Part shown: in pieces, positions 1 through 19,600 of the stretch
Position numbering within the stretch: the stretch's first letter is position 1
How the letters are laid out: each line of letters starts with the position of its first letter
Origin: Nitrospirales bacterium
Lineage (GTDB): Bacteria; Nitrospirota; Nitrospiria; Nitrospirales; UBA8639
Reading direction: 5' to 3'
Assembly (NCBI GenBank): GCA_965203295.1
Contig: CBDBCZ010000019.1
Location: 256,001-320,000 of the forward strand
DNA: 64,000 nucleotides
Position numbers and translations under genes: made by a program
The notes under the pieces: model-generated
Databases searched by the model: none
Seen by the model: only the letters and a program-made list of their open reading frames with translations
Told to the model about the DNA's origin: nothing

Positions 1-74
1 TATGTCACCGACACGTGACTTCCGCTCTGTTTCCGGAATTCCGCCGGCCGCAAATTGGCGTGCGCCGCGCGCAG

Positions 75-81
75 TATAAAA
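75..81 (+). promoter_or_regulatory. Candidate TATA box for the beta-helix gene, with a probable non-coding first exon ending near 134
   Basis: TATAAAA follows a CpG-rich stretch. A donor-like G|GTATGT lies at ~134 and an acceptor CCTAG at ~359, just before ATG 364. Confidence 0.4.
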
Positions 82-363
82 GGTCACAAAACCCTGAGGT
101 CGAGGCTGGCTCGCGAGGCTAGCTGGAATCTTGGTATGTTGCTACTTTTTAAAACAATTGAAACTATGTAGGAGTCTAATGATAATATACTTACCAGTGT
201 GCTATGCAAACATGGCTTTATCTGCCTCTGCTGCAAACGCACCCTGTTTTTATTAGCCCCACCCTCTCTCTCTCCCCTCTCTCTCACACACGTACACACA
301 TACAAATATGCACAGACACTTAAAAACACACACTCATATCTATTGACCTGCTGGCCTAGCAAG

Positions 364-8145
<7,782 letters not shown>

Positions 8146-8387
8146 CTGTATGTGCTGTACTTCTAATTTTCACCGAGTGTGTGTCACGTTTATCTTGAAT
8201 GTTCGCTTTGAAACGTATGTTGACAAGTGCATGTAAGATTTCTTTTTGCAACACACTTAGTTCAGAATGCAGCATAATTATACAAAATAGAAAACTAACT
8301 AGATAATTATAATGTCATCGATGAGACTGCATGGTGAGTACAAATTAACAGGTGACAACATTACTATTGATGATACAATGAGGCTGA

Positions 8388-11300
8388 TTACACACATACA
8401 CCCATTATAACCAAACATGGAGGGGAAAGTGGCATAGAGCTTCCCTGTGGGTTTGGCAAGGATTCGGCAGGCAATGGTGCTGGAGTGTCTTTAGTCTCTG
8501 CAGATAAAATGTAATTTTTCAGTAATACTAACTTTAAATCAAACCTTGGTGTAACGTTATATCAAACGGGCAACCACACTGCCAAGTGTAAAGTAAATGA
8601 GTGAGTAGAGATACAGATGTGATAAATCACAACCTGGAAATTACGAGTTTTAATATGAACACAAACCATATTGCTAAAGACTACAAACAATAGAGCCTGC
8701 AAAGACATGAAAGAGGAGATTGACATCCATTAGGTGAAGCATTGCATTCGTTTGCTTATCTGCTTCTATACTGTAGGATGCCTATTGTAGTTCTACAGCT
8801 GTAGTTAGCTTGGCCTGACCTGTTTCTAGGCTGAGCCATGGGTATTTCACTTGAAATGTTCCTGGCTATTTTTTTACTATCACAGCTGCTTACTAATTTT
8901 TCGCTGTCTAGGCCACACAAAATTACACTCGATTGCTGTCGCTTGGCCTACAATCTCTAAGAGCTCCTAGTAGACTGTAGTCACTGCTGTTGCATGAATT
9001 GTATAGTAACGTATGACGTATTAGATTACACGTGTGATAAGTATGGACGCACTGTACAGACAAACATACACACAGACAAACACGAAAAACGAGTCGTCTT
9101 AGGACCAGCCATTCACACATGCCCGGCTGATAAAAATCTTTTCAGATAACTTTCTAGTAAACACACAGGAATCATAATCGCACATGATATATCATGTGCC
9201 TCTTTTTCTTCACAGTTGGCAGTGTATCGTAGAGTATGCATCAACGTCCACCACATACTTAGCTATAATATGTGATTCATCATGCTTACCTGGCTGAAGT
9301 TGGTCTGACAGTTTCTCAAGAGCTTGATCAGCTGCGCATGTACTGGACATTGTAGAGTCAGTCTCAGATATCTACAAAGGAGCAAAGGGTCAGTACTAAT
9401 ATCGTGGGTGTTGAGGACTCTCTCACCTCAGTTTAATATCAGTGAGATTACACTTTTACCAAAATAGTGCTATGTTAACATGCTAGCTTCTGTACTAAGC
9501 AAATATCTGCACATACAGCCACACTGGCATTAGTACATGTAGTGGTCTGGTGTTGCTGACCCAGTCCCCAGGCTTCACTTCCCAGCATTACAATCTGATA
9601 ATCACAGTAGACCAAAGAGGACATTGTGGGGCAAGCCTGGTGATGCCTAATATGCAATAACTGTGATACAAGAGACGTACAGATGCATGTTCGCACACCG
9701 AAGTCGAGTCTGAAGTATTGCTGTTTCAGGTCTCGTTTCAAGGCTATACACCTTAGCTAACCATATTTAGAGTTTGGAAAAGGATTGTATCCACCCTCTA
9801 CCCATAGTACCACCTAAGATGAATTCCAAACTTTCTACGCATACATGTACATTTACCTCAAGGGGACACTGGTAGTCTTCACAGGTAAGGCGGGTCACCC
9901 CCTCCACTCGCAGTGCTGCCTTCTGGCTCTCAGAGAGGGGGAATACAACCTCCTTCACAAAGTGAGGCATCTGGAATGTCAACTGTACGCAACCTTTCTC
10001 CACAGTGCACAGCCGGAGTGTGCTATCTGTAACGTTAATGATGTCAGAAATACGTGACTTAAATGCGGCCAAGTGACTCAAGTTGCACTCCTCAAAGTTA
10101 ACACCTTCGATTTTAACAACAAGGTTGGCTTGATCTTTTCTGGCTAGCGAATATGCTGGGCATTCAAAAATACTACGTTTCGAGTATTCATTGAATTTAG
10201 TAGTGTAGTCACGTAAGTTTTCCTTGTCTTGCTGAACACCAAATGCATTAATGATGCATTCAATGATGTGATAACTAAAGAAAGACATGTAGCCTCGTGA
10301 CGTAAGGATCAAGAAAACCCTATCAATATTATCAGCTGCTTGTAGCTCCTCAATGCAGTCTCGCAACAGAGGTCTCTCACTCAGAGTTGGTTGAAAAGCA
10401 CCCAATGTCATTAGAAGACGCACTAACTCTCGCACTGTGATACCCTGCTGTATCAAGGACTCGCACGTTCTATACACTAGATTACCAAAGTCTGTTGTAA
10501 TCACTTCAAAGTCACGATAGAGTCTTTCTCAGAAGCTGCTTCTGATTTTCATCTAACCCTTCTGCGTTCAAATACGGAAAGGAACTCATTGTGAGAATGG
10601 GTTTGGGACAGCCTTTCTCAAATAAACGATTAAAACTGCATTTTCCGCAACCACATCCATAATCTTCCGGCCGATGACGGTCACTAGTTGGAAGAGCACT
10701 ACTGGTACTAATCTGCGTCACAAAAGTATGCAGCTCATTTTCTGTTTCTGGTATCACTTCTGGTACTGCAGTGTAAACCAAAGCAGGAAGTAAATGAAGT
10801 TAGACTACTGTGACCCATTACAACCATACCTGGAGAGGAAAGCGGCATAGAACTTTCCTGTGGATTCAGCAGGGATTCATCACACAGCGATGGTGGAGTG
10901 TCTTTAGCCTCTGCAGATACATTTTTTAAGGTGGAGATGAGCCATTGTTAAGTCGCCCCCTCCATATAGCATCTTAGATCTACCCCTAAATTATAATAAT
11001 AGGTTACATCCCTTTCACGGCTTTCTATATTGATAATAGCCTCGTTCCCAGGCCCGCGCCATTTTTGCTACATGTAAGCTGTCACAGGGCCTGGGATCTA
11101 AAATCATGTGCGCGAGGCCAAGAGTAGAACAGTAGTAGACGGGTACCGTAATGCTACAATATTTTGTGTGTGAGAAACCTTTGCGTTTTGCTATTTTGCG
11201 GCTAATTCAAGTACTTTGCGATCTTATCTTTGCGATTGTGGCGGCGGCATTCCCATTCTCGGCCAATCTCGGCTGAAGTTGGTATGTACCTTACGCTTCT

Positions 11301-12586
11301 TGGCCTTCTGTTGGCTGGCTTGCTTCTTCAACGCACGCTTCCCACTCTCGTTCGCTTCGCGAGTTGCCACCGCTCCAATTGCAGTGTCTGCCGAATACTC
11401 ATCTTGAAATAGCTGTTGCTGTAGAAGAATGAACTTCACCTGCCACCTTCGCTGTTGTTTAAGCCCATCCATTTGGCCTACTGCTGCTTCTCCTGGGACA
11501 GCTACTGCACCCACTAAAAACCACACCCACAAATTTTTGTTTAATTATTGCGATCTTGCATTTGCGATGCTGCAAGGACTCACAAAATTCGCAAAAGTAA
11601 AGTTCACGCAAAATATTGTAGCATTACGGTAATTATGAGCATGGGCAAGTGCACTTGCAATTCTCAGATGACGAGTGAAGGTAGCGAATCTACACTTCTC
11701 ATACATGTACATAGTTTTCTTTATAGCCCATTTATGCCATAGACCCACTGCTGAAAGAAAGTCTACGGTAAAATGTAGAACAACGTAGTCGTCTTTCAAA
11801 GTGGATAATGACGTAAGTTGATCATGTGACTTTAGATATAGGCCATGTGTCTTTCCTTCATGCAACCAAGAAAGTCGCGGGCCTGGGAATGAGGCTATAC
11901 TGATAATAACTTACCAAGCAACTTGAGGGCAGGCTGAGGGCAATACTTTTGATCTAGTTTCTTTGCCAACATAGGCTGGTCTATAGTGCGGCTTCTCAGT
12001 GCTTCAATCACGGCCCTCCAAGATGGGGTGGTCGTCTGCAGATAGTTCTTCAGTACCTCTCGAAAACAGTCACTCATATCTCCACGGCACTGGGCCTCAA
12101 TGGTGTCTAGTTCGTCAGGCATCAGCCCAAGTTGCAACCCCAAGTTGTACCAGCGGTTCTGAGTAATGTACAGCTCGTCTTGAAGCACACACAAGTCATC
12201 CAGACCGAGTGGCTTGACTGGTGAACAAAGTAAAATATATGCAATTTCAGACACAGAGTTGTGCTTATAACTCCGCATAATGTAGAGTTAGGTGATGATT
12301 TTACGACTCAGTATAGGTCAATAGGACAGCTATATGCATAGCAGTTTTCAGCTTCGTAACTTTTATGAAACTGGAACTAAACTCCAGTGTCGGAATTATA
12401 GTATCTACGGAATTATTACCCCGCCCCCGGGGTCCAACCATAGATAATAGAGTTAGGCTATATTTACTATCTATGTCATAATGTCAGATGAAGGTGAGAT
12501 TAACATCACATTCTCCGAACGCTCCGCGCTAAAGCTGAAAGGACAACTACCAAGCTTCGCTTACCTAAGCTACCGTCTTCAGCCAT
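8388..12586 (-). pseudogene. Death-domain gene with a second helical (DED-like) domain, frameshifted paralog of 13686-23595. Exons 12586-12565, 12217-11915, 10910-10830, 10765-9857, 9371-9290, 8497-8388
   Basis: Death-domain motif WYNLGLQLGL..ELDTIE..CFREVLKNYL..PSWRAVIEALRS. Exons are collinear with the plus paralog. A 2-nt deletion near 10526 splits exon 4 (LLRKTLS* versus LLKGRLYHEF). Confidence 0.75.
11037..11897. mobile_element. TAG...CTA element (near-perfect 9-bp TSD) with a nested pogo-like remnant at 11144-11631
   Basis: Outer TIR TAGCCTCGTTCCCAGGCCCGCG / CGCGGGCCTGGGAATGAGGCTA with TSD tattgataa / tactgataa. Inner TIR TACCGTAATGCTACAATATTTTG. Confidence 0.75.
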
Positions 12587-13685
12587 TGTTTCCACTTATT
12601 ATCACGTACAGACTGGACTGGCTCGCGAGACTAGTCTCGTACCCGGGATGATCCAGGCCCGTACCCAGACTCAGATCCAGAGTGGGAGGAGCCAAGGCCC
12701 GGGCACGAGACTGTACATATACAGTGGCTGAAAGGGCCGCCGCCCTCAGCTAGTACATAGTCTCATGCCCAGACCGCACCCCCCTTTTCGACTATCTCGT
12801 GCCGTGAAATTTCCGTCAGGGCGGCACTCAGAGGCCGAGGAGGTCGGCCAAGGTTGACCTTTTCTAATCAAAATCACGTGACATTGCAATCGCAATCCAA
12901 TCAATCGATAATAAGCAGTTAAGTATTGCAAACTCCATAGAGAAAAAATCAAAGGTTTAGGCATCTCGCCCCAAGCCAGCCGCTTTGAAAAATGATTCGC
13001 AAGCAAGCAAATTTACTGCTGGTGTTAAATTCACTATTTCCCCCTCGTGATTCAGACACCTTGGTTGCCTTTGGAGGCAAAATCCTGTGGCCTCTTGAGT
13101 GATATTCCAGAAATTATGGCTGAAAGACGCAACGAGGCGTCATTAGGAAAGCGCTTGCGAGGGTCCCCGACAGGGAATAAGCCACAGTAGGCTGCTAAAT
13201 ACCCACCACGACGAAGAGCAGATGCCTTTACCCCCCTCGGGGAGACAGTTGGCATTCACTAGTGTGTTTGTAGCTCTTGTTTTACGGCTGCCTACTAAGT
13301 TTTCGCTATCTAGGCAACACAAGACTACCTTCATTTGCTGTAGCTTGGCCTACAAACCTCCAAAAGCTGCTATACATAGCACGAGGCTATGCTATACACT
13401 GCAGTTGATAGTAACGGCTATATTATCTATGCGTTTACGTACATCGTTTCCCCTCCCTAGCCCTTTCCGGTCACGCGGCGCGGAACCTCGTCAATTACTA
13501 CTCGGTTACGTACATGTAGCTTGTCCGACCTCCTCTAGCTCTGCAGGGCACTGCACTAGTCTCGTTCCCAGACCTCACTGGGCAAGTGCGGTCTGGGAAC
13601 GAGACTAGTCCGGGAGAGGTGTGCTCCGGGCACGAGACTATACCCCCAGCGTAGTCTCGTAAACAGACAACACTGTACTAGCCCC

Positions 13686-16600
13686 ATGGCAGAAAAAAGA
13701 GGTAGCGGTAGCTTAGGTAAGTGAAGTCCTTTTAGCGCAGACAACGTGTTGTTAGTAGGGTAAATGGGGATAACTTCGGACACTCGCTAGGGAACGATGT
13801 GCGATGGTATCCCCAGTAAAGAACACGTCCGAAGTTACCCCCATTTACCTTACTCAGTCCATAGAAAATTATAGAGTAAAAGGAAAGGGATTGGAAACGG
13901 GAAGGTGCGACTCGCACCTTTTCTATGGGGCTATATATTATGCTAGAAGCCTTGTACATGCAGCGTACCTATCCGCGTTTTGGTATTTTAACATTATAAC
14001 GACAACTCATTTACACCCGTACTTAACCTAGTCTGGGGGACCCCGCCCCTCGCGTTGAACGGAGGGTCTGGTACAGACGCCGTAATGATTTTGTCTGTCT
14101 CGCAGTGCACATTGCGAGCCAATCAGAGTCAAGCTTTGTAAAACGTGATGAAAAAATTACGTCAATGGTATGGTCTGACCAATCAGATAGCAGGTTCACT
14201 GCCGGATCTCTTTCGTTGATTGTCTGCTTGTGTCGTCATAGCACAACGTCCGCATTCCAGATTGACAGGTCCACTGCGGCGTCCGTACCAGACTCTAACT
14301 TTCCCGTCGAGAGTCTGGCTACGCGAGACTATACTTAACCATGGCTGAACGGGTTAAAACGCAAATTTCACGCTCGCGTTTCGAGCGGAGAACTATCAAG
14401 ATGGTTTAATATCAAGACTTTCGCTAGTAGACTGTGTAAAAGGTACCACTTGCTGGAACAGCGTCTTGTACTCACATAGCAACGTGTTTCGTATACTAAC
14501 TTACCACGAAAATATGGCTGTGCATTTTGTCCTTTATAGTGCCCTGATGGCAGTAGAGCCAGGCTTCATGCTTCAGTTTTTGTAGCCTAAGGTCCTGTAA
14601 ACCCATTCTTGCCATAATCATACTTTGGCTGAAAACCTATCTTGCTCACTAAAGCGCTTTTTGCAAATCCGGTCACATATAGCGTGCGCACATGTGCAAA
14701 TTGTCACGTAAACGGGTTAAGCCTAAGTGCTAATAGTGTTGACGCGATAAATCTATGCTCAGACGAAGCCTCGCCTTCATCGGTGTGGCTTAGCGAGACT
14801 TTTAAACGATTAGTAGAGTGCATAGACTATCTATGCACTCTACTATTTATGGTAGTACAGAGCACATACCCCTGGCATGCCTGGGTCATTTTCATCAATG
14901 AGACCATGCAGGTGAATTTGCATATGTTATATACTTCGCTTTGTTTGATAGTCAAGCCACTCGGTGTGGATGACTTGCGTGTGGTTCAAAAAGAGCTGTA
15001 TGTTGCTCGGCCCCACTGGTACAACATGGGACTGGAACTTGGGCTAAAACCTGACGTACTAGATGCCATTAAGTTCCGGTGTTCTGGAGATGAATGTTTC
15101 CGAGAGACACTGAAGGATTATCTGAAGATGACCACCCCATCTTGGATGGCCCTGGTTGAAGCATTGAGGAGTCCCACTGTAGGCCAGTCACAGTTGGCAG
15201 AAAAAGTGGAACAAAAGTATTGCCCTTCCCTCAGGTTGCCAGGTAAGCTGTTAAATCATGCAGTATAGAGCTGTCACTTTGCTAACATTTAATGACTCAG
15301 TAGTATAATCAAAATGAAAACAGGGGCAATTTTTATAGCCTCATTCCCAGTCCTCCGCCAAGCTTTTGTCTCTTGGTTTTGGAGGACCCTTGCAATGTTG
15401 CTATACAATGTAGGGAGTCATTATAATCTTTTGGTTACCTGAGATGTAAATTTCACATGATTTCATGCACATCTGCATGTGACTATGATATCTTGGTCAT
15501 GTGGGTGACGTCCCTCATAAGCCAAACTATTCCCAAGTGTAAGTATGTTATGTCTTCATAGCCCACATGCCGAATGTCAACATTCTGTGGATATACATGA
15601 CACTGTAGCAATAATACAAGCTATAGAAAAATCAAGTCTGCACTATAATCAAAGTGCATATGCAACGGATATATACTACTGAATACCTCTGGTAAATATT
15701 AACAAGGTTACCTCGCCATAATATATATATATATACGTGGGTGGAGGCATGGGTGATGTTGGCAGCTATAGTGTCCCTTTCATATCACAAAAATACACAA
15801 GCATGCACACTATGCCTTGCATTGCTCTGTAGATGCATGCTTTTCTTGACTATTATTGTACTATTGTAGTAATGAGTTTACCAGTGCAGGAATTAGCTAC
15901 AGTGGCTTTGAAGATGTATAGACATACCTGTTTCTATTTTCAGGTACAGGGGTATGCATTAGACCTTTTGCTGGGGTACCCCCAGATACACTCTATTTTC
16001 ATGAGTCCACCAGTCACGAAAACAAAAATATATCTCTGTCTACAACACTGTCCCAAGGATCAGCCATGGGAGAGCTGAGATAAGCTACTTACGTTCTTTA
16101 TTGCTCGATCGTGACATCCATCTCCAATTGTAGTATCTCTGGTTACAGAGCAGCTACACAAACTTCACTCCCTTAGTATGCCTTACATTTTCAAATGCTG
16201 TAGGCAGATCTCTGCCTCTTCTGCACCACGAGTTTGAAGACGGCATCCATGTAACTGCCCCGAGATGTCATTTTGAAGATGTGGCTTACCCCTTGAGGCC
16301 AGGAAGGTGTGACGACCAAATATACAAGCATGAATGTATTCTATATATAAATCAAAAAAGTGCAAAACCACCCATGTAGGGATGCACTTCTAGCAAAAAA
16401 CACTTCCCCAAAAACCAACGAAACAAGCAACAATGCACACCGGAAGGCATGCACAGACTACCCACACATCACGGCGCGATACATTTACCACGTACCTACC
16501 ATCCCTACATCTTTCCAATTCCAAGAATATCAGCAAACACATGGTTTTGGATGTAATAACGCTTACTCTGGGCCCTCTTCTTACGCACATTCGGCATGCT

Positions 16601-19600
16601 TCACGGTACCTTGTAATTCCAAGAATAGCAACAAGAAAGACCATCCAGTTTGCAGTCAGTTAAGCTCATAAAGGTCCGAACTGGAAGGTCAGTTTGCCAT
16701 ACCGCTATTAAATAACCGCAAGACCTAGCTCGTGGTTGAGCTTCCCGTTACGTAATATTTATGTAATAAAATGGTGTAACGTGAACAGCTTCCGCTCGAG
16801 AGTATACTCGTGAATCACTGCCGAACCTGTTCGTTTCTTTGAAAACGCTATGCTGCGAGTGCAATACCCCAGGGAATATCCAGCGTCTTCATGCTTGAAT
16901 CTTGTGATCGCCTCAGCCGTTATTGCGCTAGCCTGGCGGAAGAAGAAGAATCAGAATCAGAAGATAGTCGAATGGGCCCGATTTGCTACTTACCGGTTTG
17001 GTACTTAAGTGATACTTTTTAGCAGCGCTAACAGTCTGATTACTGATGAAAACGCCTTATAATAACTGGTAGGGCTCATATTCGCCCTAGACTACACCTA
17101 CAGCAGAGTTCTAAACATGTTATTGTATACACAGTTAATGGAGACGCCACTTTGTTTAGAGCCATCCCTACATATGGAGTACTACCGTACTCCATGATAA
17201 GTGATGCCCATAGATCGCAATTATATTAAAAAGGGAGAGTAACAACAGATACCATACAGAAACCGGGGGGGGGGGGGGGGGGGGGGGGGGGTATATATAC
17301 ATTAGTGAGTTTAATACTTATACACACTGCAAAAATGGAAAGTTTGTTTTATACCAGCTAGGGTCATCTCAGTTATTGTAGCTGCACCAAACTATGCAAT
17401 TTTTACTACAGGAGGCCAATATAATCAAAATGAATGCAATTTCTTGGTAATTTTGGTGAGAACAGCTAATTCCTTGAAATGATCATAGGAATGCTGCATG
17501 TAGAACAAGCTAGTCCCATATCATAAATACTGTTTGTACTGCTGCAAGTTATCTTCCATACATTTTATCTGCAGAGACTAAAGACACTCCAGTACCATTG
17601 CCTGCCGAATCCCTGCCAAACCCACAGGGAAGCTCTATGCCACTTTCCTCTCCAGGTATGGTTGTAATGGGTTATATCATGTCATTCAGTTATATTTGGG
17701 AATGAGAAACTTAACAACCTCTTCTTTGGTTTGTAGCACCTGATCATGAAGTGATGCCAGGAACAGAGAATGAGCTGCATACTTTTGCAATGCAGATTAG
17801 CCCCAGTAGTGTTCATTCAAATGATGAACAGCATCTGCCAAAGGATTATGGGTGTGGCTGTGGAGGATGCAGTTTTGATAGTTTATTTGAGAAAGGCTGT
17901 CCCAAACCCATTCCCACAATGAGTTCCTTTCCATATTTAAACACAGAAGGGTTAGATGAAAGTCAGAAGGACCTTCTGAAGGGAAGACTGTATCATGAAT
18001 TTGAAGTAATTACAGCGGACTTTGGAAGGCTAGTTTACAATACGTGCGAGTCAATCAAGCAAGATATCACAGTGCAACGATTTGTATGTCTTCTAGGGGG
18101 ATTGGATGCTTTTCAACCTACTCTTCGTAAGAAACCATTATTGGAAGAGTGCATGGAGGAGCTACAAGCAGCTGATAGTGTGTATAAGGTTTTCCTTATT
18201 TTACGAGGCTACATGTCTTTCTTCAGTTATTACATCATCGAATACATCATTGATACGATTGGTACTCAGCAAGACAAGGAAAACTTACGTAGCTATACTA
18301 CTAAATTGACCGAATACTCAAGACGTAGTGTTTTTGAATGCCCTACATTTTCACTGGCCCGAAAAGATCAAGCAAACCTTGTTGTTAAAGTCGAAGGTAT
18401 TAACATCGAAAAGTACAACGTGATTCACTTGGCAGTCTTTAAGTCACGTATTTCCAAAGTTATCAAAGTTAAAAAGTACACACTTCGGCTGTGTACTGTG
18501 GAGAAAGGTTGCGTACAATTGACATTCCAGATGCCTCACTTTGTGAAGGAGGTTGTATTCCCCCTCTCTGACAGCCAGAAGGCAGCACTGCGAGTGGAGG
18601 GGGTGACCCGCCTTACCTGTGAAGACTACCAGTGTCCCCTTGAGGTATGTGTATCACTAGCAGACATTGAGATATAATATTGCGCCATGCATTCCCCACT
18701 TTGAATATAGGGTAGTTACCGAGTAGTATCATAGCTAGACCTTCTCACCAATCCGTCTCTAAACTCATGTTTCATGTCATAGGAAACACTTCTTGAGTAT
18801 GTTGCAGATATTGTATCTGGAGAAGAGTTTGATCCTGAAGGGTATGTACAAATGCAAGTTCCACCAGACATGTCACTGCAGCAGTCCCGGCTGGTAAGAC
18901 TGGTGAGTCATTACTTTTTCTGCTTGACCCCATGTAGTGATAAACCTGTGGGTGACAAAATCAAGTGGTTCCTCAAAAAGGGGGTGGGCTACACTTTGAT
19001 ATTCCATTAGTACTGGAAAGTACACCCACCCTTTTAATCACTTAAGTACACTGGCGGTCTGGTACCTCTCAGCAACTGGATGTGTAAGTAAAAATTCATG
19101 TAGAATAACAACAAAGCACTAACTAAGTAATGGCTCTATCTTCACTCTTCTCAATAATGGCTGGCTATAATAATCAAACTGCTCCTGACTTTCTGTGGTA
19201 GCTGCCATTCTTCACTGCCAGAGTGCAAACACTCTACCTACAGCTGCATGTGCCGTTTCAATAGTGTGATTGATCCTGAAGGGCCTGCACTATTCCAATC
19301 TGCTGTCCTTTTTTCTTGTAGCTCACAGTCTTACAACAAATACAGAGAAAAGTTTATTTGACTTGGTAGCTGAAAATACAGCCAAGCAATACACTGTTAC
19401 TTTTGGTACACTTTTATTGTAGACAGATGATATTGAACAAAACTTAATTTCTCCAAGCTTTCATACAAATGTTTTTCTTAATGGTGGGTCATGTGAGAGT
19501 TTTGTGCAAGTTATGTGAGGTTCATGTGAGAGTCATGAAAGATAAATGAAGGTTAGGTGATGATCATGTATCATGTGATTGGGTGAGAGAAACCAGGCAT

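Noticed and set aside
14756..14802. Third hammerhead-like motif (CAGACGAAGCC...GGCTTAGCGAGAC)
   Set aside because: Both core boxes deviate from CUGANGA and GAAA.
16183..16671. Overlapping ORFs in the death-domain gene intron
   Set aside because: No recognisable motifs and no consistent splice sites.
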